DNA of 64,000 bases from Octopus bimaculoides (Eukaryota). Each line of letters begins with the position of its first letter. Within the stretch, counting starts at the first letter, position 1. This document shows positions 41,847 to 53,009 of the stretch, in pieces. Where the stretch lies: contig NC_068989.1 in NCBI RefSeq assembly GCF_001194135.2, forward strand, positions 90,552,808 to 90,616,807, in the 5' to 3' direction. Position numbers and translations under genes: made by a program. The notes beneath the pieces were generated by a model. That model did not search any database. It was not told the DNA's origin and worked only from the letters and a program-made list of their open reading frames with translations.

Positions 41847-43270
41847 ACAGTTGCTAATTGTAATCATTGTTATCTTCATCGTAGCCATCATCATCATCAC
41901 AATTATGATGTTAATGATGAATGCAATGGTATAAATGATGATGATTTTAAAGTTAGTGATGATGATGATGATAATCTTAATGATTTGAATATCTTCCAAA
42001 ACTGCCGTGATTGCACTTCATTTCAGTTTATTTAGAGAAGGCATGAACGTCATGAAATCTCATTAATTTCTTTCTGTCTGTCTGTCTCCATCATCATTGT
42101 CATTACATTACTCATTATAAATATCATGATCACCATCATCACCACCATCATCACAAACCCTTCCGATCATTTTCCTCATTATCGTTGCTGTCGTCATCAT
42201 CATCTGTGCTGCAGCTGGCCAGTTCAATAAGGCGTTGGGTCACTGACCCAAAACAGCAGACGATGTCCTTGACGTCATTGTGTCCAAGGACAAGGCACTT
42301 AACTCTTGCTGGCTCACCCCACCTAGCTGTAAATGGGTTACATAAAGAACCGTTTAATTAAAAGATTATTGTGATCACTTGCAGTGGTGGTGGTCGTGGA
42401 TAGCGATAGTAATGATAGAAGTTAAAGGAGGTTCTTTAACCTTAAGTTAGTCCTGATCGAGTAGACCTGTGGTCAATGGTATTCACATCTTCGATCCAGG
42501 CATTCGAAATTCAGGACTGTTTTCCCGTATGTCCTTCCTTTATAAGTCTTTTGGGTGTGACTTTCAGGAAGATTTAGCTGCTATATCTAACGAACCAGGT
42601 GACCATGTAGGACTCTTCTGTTGGCCTCATGTGGTGTTTGGTGATGGTTTGGTGGTTGTGCTGGTGGTTGTTTAACTCCAGGTCTGTCCTGATCAAGCAC
42701 ACTTGTGATCAAGTGAATTCCAACCATGACCATCTTGTCTTTTTTCCAACTCGCAGAGAACCCAGAACCACAACTTTCAAGAAAAATTTTTTTTTTATCT
42801 CTAGAATAACATTTCTCCATGCGGCTTTTATAATCTGATCAAGTGTCATGTGAGGATTTAGCTGCTGTTTCTAGTGGTAAAGTTGGTCAGTGGTAGTGTG
42901 AAGTGGTAGGAGCATGTGGTACAGGTTGTGGCGACTCATGTTGGTGGTGTTTGTGTTTCAATTTTCCACACTTGATTTGAATTGTGTAAAGTTGTCGGTT
43001 TAGAGAATGAGTTTGGGATTTGTGAGATTAAAGGATTTTGTGTTACATACTGGGTGTATGTACGTACATGTGTACGTGTACATATAACATGATCGTATTT
43101 ATCAGGAATACCACACACATGTACATGCACGCAACCACACACGCATATATAAGTGTGTTAGATATTTTTTTTAAAGCTGAAATGATGCAAGGCAGGGCCC
43201 CAGCACAGCTGCAGTTCAATGAGTGCATCGAATCAAAAATAATATAGTTGAAGCAAGTAATAATAATAAC

Positions 43271-43640
43271 AACAAGAACACTCAGAGAGCGCAAACCTCT
43301 GCCAACGCAACACCAACGTCCTCTCAACGATTAATGAGAGATGATTTTTAAAATGAGAATATCTGAAATAAACTCCACTGATTTCACAAACAAGAATACT
43401 AAAAATGAATCTAACCGCTCTCAGAAATTAAGTAACAACTGGAAAAATAATCCAGAATCCTTGTCTGGTACCGAATCGATCCCAAAATCTAATCAGTTTG
43501 TGCCAGTCACGAGTCCAAACATCCCTGAAAGTTTCATCCGAATCCATCCAGTGGTTCTTGAGATATCTTGTCCACAGGCAAACAAACAAACAGACACGAC
43601 TGAAAACAATATCTCCACCTTCGTTAAGGCGGAGGTAATA
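43271..43640 (-). mobile_element. Helentron/DINE-1-like non-autonomous element (HINE architecture)
   Basis: Minus strand: TTATTACCTCCGCC, hairpin CTCCGCCTT-AACG-AAGGTGGAG, (GTTT)n microsatellite, subterminal inverted GGCAGAGGT and a short 3' palindrome. Confidence 0.6.
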
Positions 43641-44929
43641 ATAATAATAATAATAATAATGATTTCATTTATTTGCCACAAGGGCGAAGAATGAGGGGGA
43701 CAATAAAAGACAGACATAAAGTGTGTGTGTGTGGGGTGGAGTTTACATATAAGGAAATGATAAAAATAATAAAAAAAAGGATGGAAGAAAGAAAGTAAGT
43801 ATACACAGTATAGACTGGAAAAGAAGGGACATATGCATAGCATGTAAAGTTAAAACAAAAAAAAAAGTGGCGGGGAGAACGATAGAGATGTGGCCCTCCT
43901 TATGCAGGAAGGCCTCTAGGGATAATTGAGGAACCAATAATAAAAAAATTTAAAATTATTTCTTGTTCTCATTTGATTATCTCAAATCCATGTCTTCCAC
44001 AGTTACTTCCCTTGTCGTTCTTGGCCTATTCCCTTAACCTAGAACTGCCATTACCATTTCATATCCATACCACACAACTGTTTCTCCTGTATACTCATGT
44101 ATAGTCATCATCGTCATCACCATCATTTTATATCCCCTTCTGTGCTGGTATGGGTTGGCAGAGTCATGTATTTCTGTAAGGTTACTACTCTCCTAGGCAT
44201 GAATAGGAGTCCATACCTCTCTTTTCTATTTTTATTTTGTATGATTCATATGGCTGAATGCCCTTCCCTACACCAGCCACTTCACAGAGCTTATGGGGTG
44301 CATTTTTCATGGCACCTGTGCTAAAGAGGTTCTCGTGTCCTTGCCAAGACAAGACTAAGACTCCTCTTGATGGAATTGAGACAATTATGAGCAGTGGTTT
44401 AGACACTGACGATTTGGCTCGGCTGACTGGACATTCAGCCTGAATTTGGCAAAAGTACTCATTGGTCTCTCTCTCACACACACACATACACACACACGTG
44501 CGCGAGCAGATAGAAAGAGTAAGAAAATGGTAAATAAGTCAGTGTTGATTCTGCAACACCAAAGAGATGGTACCAAAACATCTTATACCCTCAGTGTTCC
44601 GTGAACTTCATGGTCAAGGTCTCTCCCCTGCTGTATTGGCCTGGCTATATCTGGTTCCTTATACCTGTTAGTAATACTATCTTCATTCACCTGTATTTTT
44701 TCTTCGTTTAACAAGAAATATGTAGTGGAAATATGGTCACCTTGGAGTAATTCAACTAAAGTTGTGTACAAAAATCTACTGGAAGTGTTTTACTAAAGTC
44801 ATAGAGAAAAGATGAAAATTAGTCAAGTTTCTGTATTTTATTTTTGTATTGCATGTGTATCTTGCCAGGAGCAGATGTTTATTTCTGTATTTATTTACTT
44901 ATGTATATTTTTTATTTGAAACCCCTCAG

Positions 44930-45179
44930 GATGAACTTAACCTTCGCATCAAAGCCACTCGTCTCACTGCTGAACAGCTGCACAAGTCCGAAGCTGAGTT
45001 GATGAAAGCAGCTTTGGAGGAGAAAAAACAGAATGAACTGGCTGAACTTCGTGACATTTTGGCCCGGTACCACAATGAGGAAACTGACCGGCGCGAGGGA
45101 GAGTGGTCCTCTCATTTAGAGAGGCTCCGTCAACAGTACGACTATCAGCTGGCAATTGGTCAAGAACCTGCTCCGAAAG
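44930..45179 (+). CDS. Internal coding exon C, pericentrin/AKAP9-like coiled coil
   Basis: Acceptor acccctcag|, 250 nt (DELNLRIKATRLTAEQLHKSEAELMKAALEEKKQNELAELRDILARYHNEE...HLERLRQQYDYQL...), donor AAAG|gtttgt, phase 0/1. Aligns without gaps to my recollection of the human pericentrin segment LEALRLSLSNMHTAQLELTQANLQKEKETALTELREMLN...ELELLREQH. The exon is solid; the family call is about 0.55 and needs BLASTP. Confidence 0.88.
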
Positions 45180-45303
45180 GTTTGTCCACTTCACTACTTC
45201 TTCATCTGTGCATAGCTTTGTGTAAACATAATTTTTTTTTTACAAGACTCAATATATTGCCAGTGTGGCTCAATTCATCATAAACCTAATGAAAATAGAT
45301 ATT

Positions 45304-45530
45304 GGCTGCGAGCTGGAAGAATCGTTAGCACGCCGGGCGAAATGCTTGGCAGTATTTCGTCTAGCGTTATGTTCTGAGTTCAAACTCCGCCGAGGTCGAC
45401 TTTGCCTTTTATCCTTTCGGGGTCGATTAAATAAGTACCAGTTACGCACTGGGGTCGATGTAATCGACTGAAACCCTTTGTCTGTCCTTGTTTGTACCCT
45501 CTATGCTTAGCCCTCTGTGGGCAATAAAAA
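45304..45530 (+). mobile_element. tRNA-derived SINE family B; others at ~9240, 25140, 31790, 61000 (+) and 3458-3643, 8490-8640, 16090-16524, 32090-32320, 38710-38825, 41120-41530 (-)
   Basis: GGC.GCGAGCTGG.AGAATCGTTAGCACGCCGGGCGAAATGCTT...GAGTTCAAA.TCCGCCGAGGTCGACTTTGCCTTT.ATCCTTTCGGGGTCGAT.AAATAAGTACCAG. From memory, the central box resembles the Meta-SINE domain (unverified). Confidence 0.85.
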
Positions 45531-46356
45531 TAAAAAAAAAATATATATTGGCTGCTGGTAGGGACACAGTATTTTGTTTATCAAAATGAAATACTTTGTC
45601 CCTACCAGCAATTAATATGCCTGTACCACTTGCCAGGAATGTGTTTCAAATGTAAAATTGGCTTATCCAACAGTTGTTGCCATTGTCAGCGTTTTATCAT
45701 GTGTCTGATAATATATTTGGCTTTTTCTTGACCGCTTCTTTCCCTCTGTCCATGTTTATGCCTCTGATGACTAAAGAGGCCAATTTGTGCATGGAAATAT
45801 CGTAGAAGCAGGTCATAGTCCAGCGACCATGCTGGGGCCTGACCTACAAGGGTTTAGTTTATCATTTTGACTGCAGTATGGTGCCTATTTTATTGTTTGT
45901 TGTTTGATGAACTGCCAAGTTACAAAGTATGAACACAAACACAGTCTAGGTGCAGGTTCGGTCCCACTGTGTGGCATTTTGGGCTGACCAAAGCCTTGTG
46001 TATGGATTTGAGAGATGGAAACTGAAAGAAGCCTGTGTGTCTCTGGTTGTCAAGCAGTGGTGGTGGAGAAACAAAGACACAGTGTTGGTGTGTTTGTGTC
46101 TCTGTAACTTAGCAGTTCAGTGAAAGAGACTGATAAAATAAGTACCAGACTTCAAAAAAATGTACTGGAATCAATTTATTTGACTAAAAATTCTTCAAGG
46201 TGGTGCCCCAGTATGGCCCCTGCCTAATGACTGAAACAAGTAAAAGAATAAAAGAAAGAAAGAATAATACTTTGTATTTACATTCTCACTTTTTCTTCAT
46301 CGTTTTGTATATTTCTTACTTTTGTTGAGTATCCTCCATCTCTGTTCTTTCCGCAG

Positions 46357-46439
46357 GTGCTGTGGGGACCCTGGAGGGTGCAACCCTTGTCACAGAACTC
46401 ACCAAGCGCTTGAACGATGAACACAAGAAGTTAATAGAG
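46357..46439 (+). CDS. Internal coding exon D of the same gene
   Basis: Acceptor tctgttctttccgcag|, 83 nt ((G)AVGTLEGATLVTELTKRLNDEHKKLIE), donor GAG|gtaaaa. The phase-1 start exactly complements the phase-1 end of exon C. Confidence 0.85.
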
Positions 46440-46576
46440 GTAAAAACAAAATGCAAACTGCCCATTCACAAAAACACCACGTCCTTTTGTTTTTTCGACA
46501 TGTTTTCATTTTACTTTGTGTTTGTGTTTAGGTAGGGATCGGGTGAAGGAATCACCGTTAACAAACTTTATTAATT

Positions 46577-47830
46577 AAGGTGCCGAGCTGGCAGAATCGC
46601 TAGTACACCAGGCAAGACGCATAGTGGTATTTCGTCCATCATCTCGAACTGAGTTCAAATTCCGCCAATGTCTACTGCCTCTCATCCTTTTAGGGGTCAA
46701 TGAAATAAGTACCTGTTGATCACAGGTGTAGATGTAATCAACTGGCACCTCCCCACAAAATATCACTCCTTGTCCCTATTGCAGATGGGATCATTATTAT
46801 CATTAAGGTAAGGTGGTGAGCTGGCAGAATCATTAGCATGCTGGGCGAAATGCTTAGCGCTTTTTTGCCTGTTGCTACATCCTGAGGTCAAATTCCACCA
46901 AGGTCAACTTTGTTTCCATCCTTACGGGGTTGATAAAATAAGTACCAGTTGAACACTGGAGTCAGTGTAGTTGATTCACCCCCACCTCCCCTTGTGGTAA
47001 AAATTTGAAATAATTATTATAATTAAGGCAGTGAGCTGGCAGAATCGTTAGCACACTGGGCAAAATGCACAGTGGCACTTTGGCACTTTGGCTGTCTTTT
47101 GTCTCTTGAATTCAAATTCCGTTGAGGGTGACTTTGTCTTTCATCCTTTCGGAGTCAATAAAAGAAGTATCCATTGAGCACTTACCTCCTCCCTCGAAAT
47201 TGCTGGCCTTGTGCCAAAATATGAAACCATTATTATTTATTACTATTGAGTGAAAGAGCAGTGCATGCCATCAAAGTTACACTGGGGTACAAATATATGA
47301 AACCCAATGTACCCATCATGACTACCTGTCTGATAAGGGTACAACAGGTGCATACACCACAACTGCCCGAAATTGGTGGCCTTGTGCCAAAATTTGAAAC
47401 CATTATTATTAAGTGGTGGACTGGCAGAATTGTTTGTGTTAGACAAAATGCCTTGCAACATTTCATCTGGTTTTTTTCAACCTGAGTTCAAATGCTGCTG
47501 AGGTCAACATAACCTTTCATTCTGTCAGGGTCAATAAAGTCAGTACCATCTGAATACTGGGGTTAATGTTATCAACTAGCCCCTCCCCCCTCTAATTTCA
47601 GGCCTTGTGCCTCTATTAGAAAGGATTATTTTTATTATAAAGGAAGTGAGCTCGCAGAATCATTCGTGTGCTGGGCAAAATGTTTCCTGGCATCATCTCT
47701 ATCAGGTTGACATTCTGTGTTCAAATTCCACTCAAGTTGATTTTTGCCTTTCCCCTTTTTGGGGGTCGATGAAATAAGTGCCACTTAAACACAGGGGTTG
47801 ATGTAATTGATTAAACCCCCTTCCACTACA
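46577..47830 (+). mobile_element. Five head-to-tail SINE family B copies
   Basis: Heads at ~46577, 46811, 47025, 47410 and 47639, each preceded by an ATT/TTA-rich tail. Confidence 0.8.
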
Positions 47831-47946
47831 TGTGCCTATAGTAGTGTTTAGTACAGTACAGTTCTATATTTAAGAGATGAGGAATTATGTACATTATTTA
47901 CATTGTTTACATTTGACGGATATTTGTCCTCATCTTGTTTGTTGTT

Positions 47947-47992
47947 AACACAACGTTTCGGCTGATATACCCTCCAGGCTTCATCAGGTGTC
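47947..47992 (-). ncRNA. Minimal type I hammerhead ribozyme motif (Penelope-type), core intact
   Basis: Minus strand reads GACAC-CTGATGA-A-GCCTG-gagggtatat-CAGCC-GAA-ACGT-T-GTGTT. Stem I GACAC/GTGTT, stem II with one mismatch, palindromic ACGT stem III, GUU cleavage triplet. Confidence 0.65.
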
Positions 47993-48040
47993 TTGGGGGA
48001 AATTTCGAACCTGGGTTCTCATTCCTAAGGTATTTTTCCA

Positions 48041-48078
<38 letters not shown>

Positions 48079-48314
48079 TCACTGCCTCGAATCGAACTTG
48101 GAATCTTGGGGTTAGTAGCCCGTGCTCTTAACCACTACGCCATATGCCTGTGGCATATCTATACATTGGATTGCAGAGGCATATGGCGTAGTGGTTAAGA
48201 GCATGGGCTACTAACCCCAAGATTCCGAGTTTGATTCCAGGCAGTGACCTGAATAATAATAATAACATCGAAAAATACCTTAGGAATGAGAACTCAGGTT
48301 CGAAGTTTCCCCAA

Positions 48315-48360
48315 GACACCTGATGAAGGCTGGAGGGTATATCAGCCGAAAAATTGTGTT
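48315..48360 (+). ncRNA. Hammerhead ribozyme motif, stem III mutated
   Basis: GACAC-CTGATGA-A-GGCTG-gagggtatat-CAGCC-GAAA-AATT-GTGTT. Stem II is perfect; CGTT has become AATT, which breaks stem III. Confidence 0.55.
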
Positions 48361-50023
48361 AACAACAAACAAGATGAGGACAAATATCCATCAAATGTAA
48401 ATAATGTAAATGATGTATTCTAATCTTTATTATTATTTTATGTTTATGGAATAACTTTAACCTCTACATGCCCCATAAAAAATTTCACTGTATTTAAATT
48501 AAACGTTATGGTAAGCCTTCACAGTCTGGAAGAGAAGGACAGCATGCAAATGTTAGTTACAGGTGTCGACTTCCTACCTGAGCATTTTGTAGACTCAATC
48601 AGATGCTTCCTGGCAAGTTCATGTCTAAACAAGTAGGAGGCACAACCAGGGGTGTATATATGGGTCAAGCCTTCAGATTAAAACTAAAAATGATTTCCTA
48701 ACCTCTGGTTCCCCTCTCCAGATATTTCCAGTTATCATTTCAGTGAACTCCAGTGCCATTCTCCCATGTTTCACTTCCTCCAACATGATATCATGTGACT
48801 GCCAACTCTTGACATGTAGCTTTATCATTTAAACAACTGCAGCATGAAAGATCTTCTCCCTCCCTCTCTTTCTCTCTCTTTCTATTCGCTTTGTTTGCAT
48901 CTTTTTGCTGATGCCTTAAAACCCCAGCTTCTCTTGAGCTGTTGTCCAGATAATGTGTGACTATTTAACATATTAACTTCCCAACAACTGACCGCTGGTA
49001 CCTCAGTGGTGCAAATCCTCTGGCATGCTGTAGTAAATTAAATTTGTTTTTCCCCATTTGTTGCCGTGTGTGCATCTGCATTTTTCTCTTCCTAATTTAT
49101 TACTGACTGACAATCCGACAATGACCTCAACATTGACTTATAATCAGCTCTCTTGTGCAAGCGCTGCCAATTGAAAGTGCCATCTGCAGGTTTCAGGGGT
49201 CATCAAGAGAGAATGTGCACTGTTTCAGGGCTTTCTTCTTGATGGCTTTATAGTGCCCTGCCCACTGATTAGCCCTCAACCATTGATAGTTGATCTTAAG
49301 TCCTTCATCTTGAGACCATCAGCATCATTCAAATTTTGGATTGATGCAGATCTAACTAGCCATATAAGCCAAGATGTACCTGCTTTATCCATAATGAGGT
49401 TTCATCAGCCCTTTTCAGCCCATATCCAATGGCTGGCTCTCTCAGCTGTTGACTGGGTTTCTTTCAAGGTATGGAACAATGACTTCTGCTGCCTACATTA
49501 ACACAAAAACTGAATCCTTTTGGTCTCTAAAAGGACTGATTATTTTTGCCCTCATGTAAGACACAGCTAGGGAAACCAATTCTCCAGTGAACAGTAGGAC
49601 CTCAGTTTATGAATAATTTTGTTCCTGAAGGCTGTTTGTCACCCAAAATATTTGTAAACCAAATCAGTTTTTCCCCATAGGAAATTTAAGGGAAGGCACA
49701 GGGAATTCAAGTAGAAAAGTGCCCCGAGTGAAACCCAGACAGTAACTGATGTTCTCCCACTGATGCTCCCAGCTTGTTGCTGCCAGTTTGCATGTCTGTT
49801 ATTCACCCAAAACATTTTATGTTTGAAAAATTGTTCATAAACTGATTTGTTCCTGATGAGAGGCATTCATAAACCTAGGTTCCACTGTGTTTCTTTGCAG
49901 TGATCAGAAATTGTGTTTGAGACTGAGATAATCTAAATGGCCAATTAAGATTAACACACTAGCTAAGACTGGACGAAGGAGACTTATTCAACCAATAAAC
50001 TGGTCATTTCAGCCTATGTGCTT

Positions 50024-50182
50024 GGCTGAGACTGGACAATTTAGACCAACTAACTGGCTGAAACTGGAGAATTTAGATCAACTGGCTGGCTGAAATAGGA
50101 CAATTGAGAGCACTGGTTGGCTGAGATTAGATAATTAAGGCCAACTGGTCGATTGAAATGAGACAATTTAGATCACCTGGTA
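50024..50182 (+). repeat. Degenerate 32-bp minisatellite
   Basis: Five units of GGCTGA.ACTGGACAATTTAGA.CAACTG.CT. Confidence 0.75.
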
Positions 50183-51584
50183 GATTCAATTAGTTGGGAC
50201 TTAGTTGAGATTAACTGGTTGGACATAACTGACCAGTTGAGACTGATTGATGAAGATCAGCTAGGGTTAGCTAAAACTGTTTTTCAAACCGTCTTATTGA
50301 AACTGGTCATCATACTTGACCTTCTTGGATCAAATAGTCTGGCTCATATTGGACCAAAGACAGCTCAAAATGACCAAGCGGAAACCTTCGCTAGTAATAA
50401 ACCTGACATAGATGGAGTAAGACTGGTTGCCATTCTGATGATGGGAGGCAGATAAATGGATCAACCAACTGGGACCTTTTGAGACTTGATGAATTGAATT
50501 TTTGGTTAATTAACCACTAGCTAGTTCTGATTGTCTTACTAAATCATAATGCATCTCTATCTGTTGTTTTGTCTTGTGCTGTGGAAATTAACGAATTGTC
50601 TTCGGCTACCGTTAACATCTCTGTTGTGATTTGTCCGTGTTCTGAATGCTGCTGAGCATGTAAGATTGTTGAATGCTTTTCAGAGCATGAGAATTTTTTT
50701 TCTCTTTCTCCCTCCTGTCGTCTTAACGATACAGGCGTTTGTAGGTATGGGAANNNNNNNNNNNNNNNNNNNNNNNNNNNNNNNNNNNNNNNNNNNNNNN
50801 NNNNNNNNNNNNNNNNNNNNNNNNNNNNNNNNNNNNNNNNNNNNNNNNNNNNNNNNNNNNNNNNNNNNNNNNNNNNNNNNNNNNNNNNNNNNNNNNNNNN
50901 NNNNNNNNNNNNNNNNNNNNNNNNNNNNNNNNNNNNNNNNNNNNNNNNNNNNNNNNNNNNNNNNNNNNNNNNNNNNNNNNNNNNNNNNNNNNNNNNNNNN
51001 NNNNNNNNNNNNNNNNNNNNNNNNNNNNNNNNNNNNNNNNNNNNNNNNNNNNNNNNNNNNNNNNNNNNNNNNNNNNNNNNNNNNNNNNNNNNNNNNNNNN
51101 NNNNNNNNNNNNNNNNNNNNNNNNNNNNNNNNNNNNNNNNNNNNNNNNNNNNNNNNNNNNNNNNNNNNNNNNNNNNNNNNNNNNNNNNNNNNNNNNNNNN
51201 NNNNNNNNNNNNNNNNNNNNNNNNNNNNNNNNNNNNNNNNNNNNNNNNNNNNNNNNNNNNNNNNNNNNNNNNNNNNNNNNNNNNNNNNNNNNNNNNNNNN
51301 NNNNNNNNNNNNNNNNNNNNNNNNNNNNNNNNNNNNNNNNNNNNNNNNNNNNNNNNNNNNNNNNNNNNNNNNNNNNNNNNNNNNNNNNNNNNNNNNNNNN
51401 NNNNNNNNNNNNNNNNNNNNNNNNNNNCCCCCCCCCCATGCTGTGTTTTTCTTTTCATTAATCCTTGTTTCTCTCCAGTTCTTTGTCTCTCTTTTTATTT
51501 TCATTCCATTTACATTCTCAATAATTCGGATTGAAATAATCTTAGAAAGATTTGTCTCTCTTTTGTTTCATTCTGTCTCTCTTG

Positions 51585-52140
51585 TTCTCTCTCTCTCTCT
51601 CCCCCTCTCTCCCTTGCATGCTCTCCATCACTATCTCAATTGTATTCCTTCTATCTCTTCTATCATCTTTCTATGGTGTAATCTCTCTCTCTCTATCTCC
51701 TTCTCTCTCTCTCTCTATCTCCTTCTCTCTCTCTCTCTATCTCCTTCTCTCTCTCTCTCTCTATCTCCTTCTCTCTCTCTCTATCTCCTCTATCTCTCTC
51801 TATCTCCTTCTCTCTCTCTCTCTATCTCCTTCTCTCTCTCTCTCTATCTCCTCTCTCTCTATCTCCTTCTCTCTCTCTCTATCTCCTTCTCTCTCTCTCT
51901 ATCTCCTTCTCTCTCTCTCTCTATCTCCTCTCTCTCTCTCTATCTCCTCTCTCTCTCTCTCTCTATCTCCTTCTCTCTCTCTATCTCCTCTCTCTCCTCT
52001 CTCTCTCTCTATCTCCTTCTCTCTCTCTCTATCTCCTTCTCTCTCTCTCTCTATCTCCTCTCTCTCTATCTCCTTCTCTCTCTCTCTCTATCTCCTTCTC
52101 TCTCTCTCTATCTCCTCTCTCTCTCTCTCTTCTTTCTCTT
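51585..52140 (+). repeat. Compound (CT)n-ATCTCCTT polypyrimidine array
   Basis: About 550 bp of CTCTCTCTCTATCTCCTT units, close to two large gaps. Confidence 0.9.
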
Positions 52141-52970
52141 GTCTTCATTTGTTGAACCCACTTTCACTATTCTAAAATGACTGAAGTTTCTGTCCCCAGC
52201 AGAAATGACCACTTACTAGAAAGCCGGGCTTGTTCATTGCTGAGCNNNNNNNNNNNNNNNNNNNNNNNNNNNNNNNNNNNNNNNNNNNNNNNNNNNNNNN
52301 NNNNNNNNNNNNNNNNNNNNNNNNNNNNNNNNNNNNNNNNNNNNNNNNNNNNNNNNNNNNNNNNNNNNNNNNNNNNNNNNNNNNNNNNNNNNNNNNNNNN
52401 NNNNNNNNNNNNNNNNNNNNNNNNNNNNNNNNNNNNNNNNNNNNNNNNNNNNNNNNNNNNNNNNNNNNNNNNNNNNNNNNNNNNNNNNNNNNNNNNNNNN
52501 NNNNNNNNNNNNNNNNNNNNNNNNNNNNNNNNNNNNNNNNNNNNNNNNNNNNNNNNNNNNNNNNNNNNNNNNNNNNNNNNNNNNNNNNNNNNNNNNNNNN
52601 NNNNNNNNNNNNNNNNNNNNNNNNNNNNNNNNNNNNNNNNNNNNNNNNNNNNNNNNNNNNNNNNNNNNNNNNNNNNNNNNNNNNNNNNNNNNNNNNNNNN
52701 NNNNNNNNNNNNNNNNNNNNNNNNNNNNNNNNNNNNNNNNNNNNNNNNNNNNNNNNNNNNNNNNNNNNNNNNNNNNNNNNNNNNNNNNNNNNNNNNNNNN
52801 NNNNNNNNNNNNNNNNNNNNNNNNNNNNNNNNNNNNNNNNNNNNNNNNNNNNNNNNNNNNNNNNNNNNNNNNNNNNNNNNNNNNNNNNNNNNNNNNNNNN
52901 NNNNNNNNNNNNNNNNNNNNNNNNNNNNNNNNNNNNNNNNNNNNNNNNNNNNNNNNNNNNNNNNNNNNNN

Positions 52971-53009
<39 letters not shown>

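Larger units (their letters stand above)
47890..48417. mobile_element. Head-to-head inverted dimer of a tRNA-headed SINE-like element with hammerhead-ribozyme tail
   Basis: Arms 47890-48149 and 48177-48417 are reverse complements around a 27-nt spacer. Each has an A box (TGGCGTAGTGG), a B-box-like GAGTTT/CGATTCC, an (AAT)n tract and a CTGATGA...GAAA tail. Confidence 0.85.

Noticed and set aside
43341-43694. 117-aa ORF MIFKMRISEIN...
   Set aside because: Lies within the Helentron/DINE-like element.
48177-48255. tRNA gene (also the heads of SINE families A, B and F)
   Set aside because: A/B boxes and an anticodon-like loop are present, but there is no acceptor stem or T-run terminator and the head continues into a repeat body.
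49100-49500. Higher-complexity stretch, possibly a decayed LINE (ETVHILS-like motif on the minus strand)
   Set aside because: One short motif amid many stops; insufficient to classify.
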